Source: Deltaproteobacteria bacterium | GTDB lineage: Bacteria > SAR324 > NAC60-12 | Assembly (NCBI GenBank): GCA_038150265.1 | Contig: JAYOTF010000056.1 | Coordinates: 1-14,317, forward strand | Reading direction: 5' to 3' | DNA length: 14,317 nucleotides | Program-made: the position numbers and the translations under genes | The notes under the pieces: model-generated | The model's database searches: none | What the model was told of the DNA's origin: nothing | Seen by the model: the letters and a program-made list of their open reading frames with translations, nothing else | Shown here: positions 14,270 through 14,317 of the stretch, piece after piece | Numbering within the stretch: the stretch's first letter is position 1 | Layout of the letters: each line of letters opens with the position of its first letter

Positions 14270-14317
14270 TCACCCACGCAGGCGAGCATCCAACCCCGCA
14301 AGCTCGAGCAGGAGCAG
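14270..14317 (-). CDS. Possible 3' end of a convergent gene entering from the right edge
   Basis: Minus frame reads ...LLLLELAGLDARLRG* (TGA at 14272-14270) with host-like codons. Too short to identify. Confidence 0.3.
   Translation of the reverse strand: MLLLELAGLDARLRG

Overview
GC-rich bacterial chromosomal segment; the gene content suggests a deltaproteobacterial or SAR324-like host, but this is an impression, not a demonstrated result. From left to right: (1) the 5' end of an AT-rich lipoprotein gene missing from the ORF track (minus strand, running off the window), followed by a spacer dense in palindromes; (2) a minus-strand run of TPR protein, membrane HAMP-GAF class III adenylate cyclase, Gfo/Idh/MocA oxidoreductase and a small Pro-rich lipoprotein; (3) a divergent 142-aa hypothetical gene with a clear sigma70 promoter; (4) an integrase-less islet of about 1.85 kb inserted at the 3' end of a tRNA-Ile2(CAT) gene, bounded by a 35-bp direct repeat and carrying an AAA+ ATPase/wHTH/PD-(D/E)XK (AAA_14+DUF4143-type) gene and a convergent 66-aa orphan; (5) an orphan cytoplasmic PAS-PAS histidine kinase; (6) a divergent plus-strand run of ACT-fused malic enzyme, cytochrome c' and a CycG-like diheme cytochrome c whose first heme site is a contracted CxCH motif. 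The tRNA islet (candidate defence cargo, possibly assembled by tandem integration) and the CxCH cytochrome are the most notable items. All family assignments come from motif recognition by eye; no searches were run.
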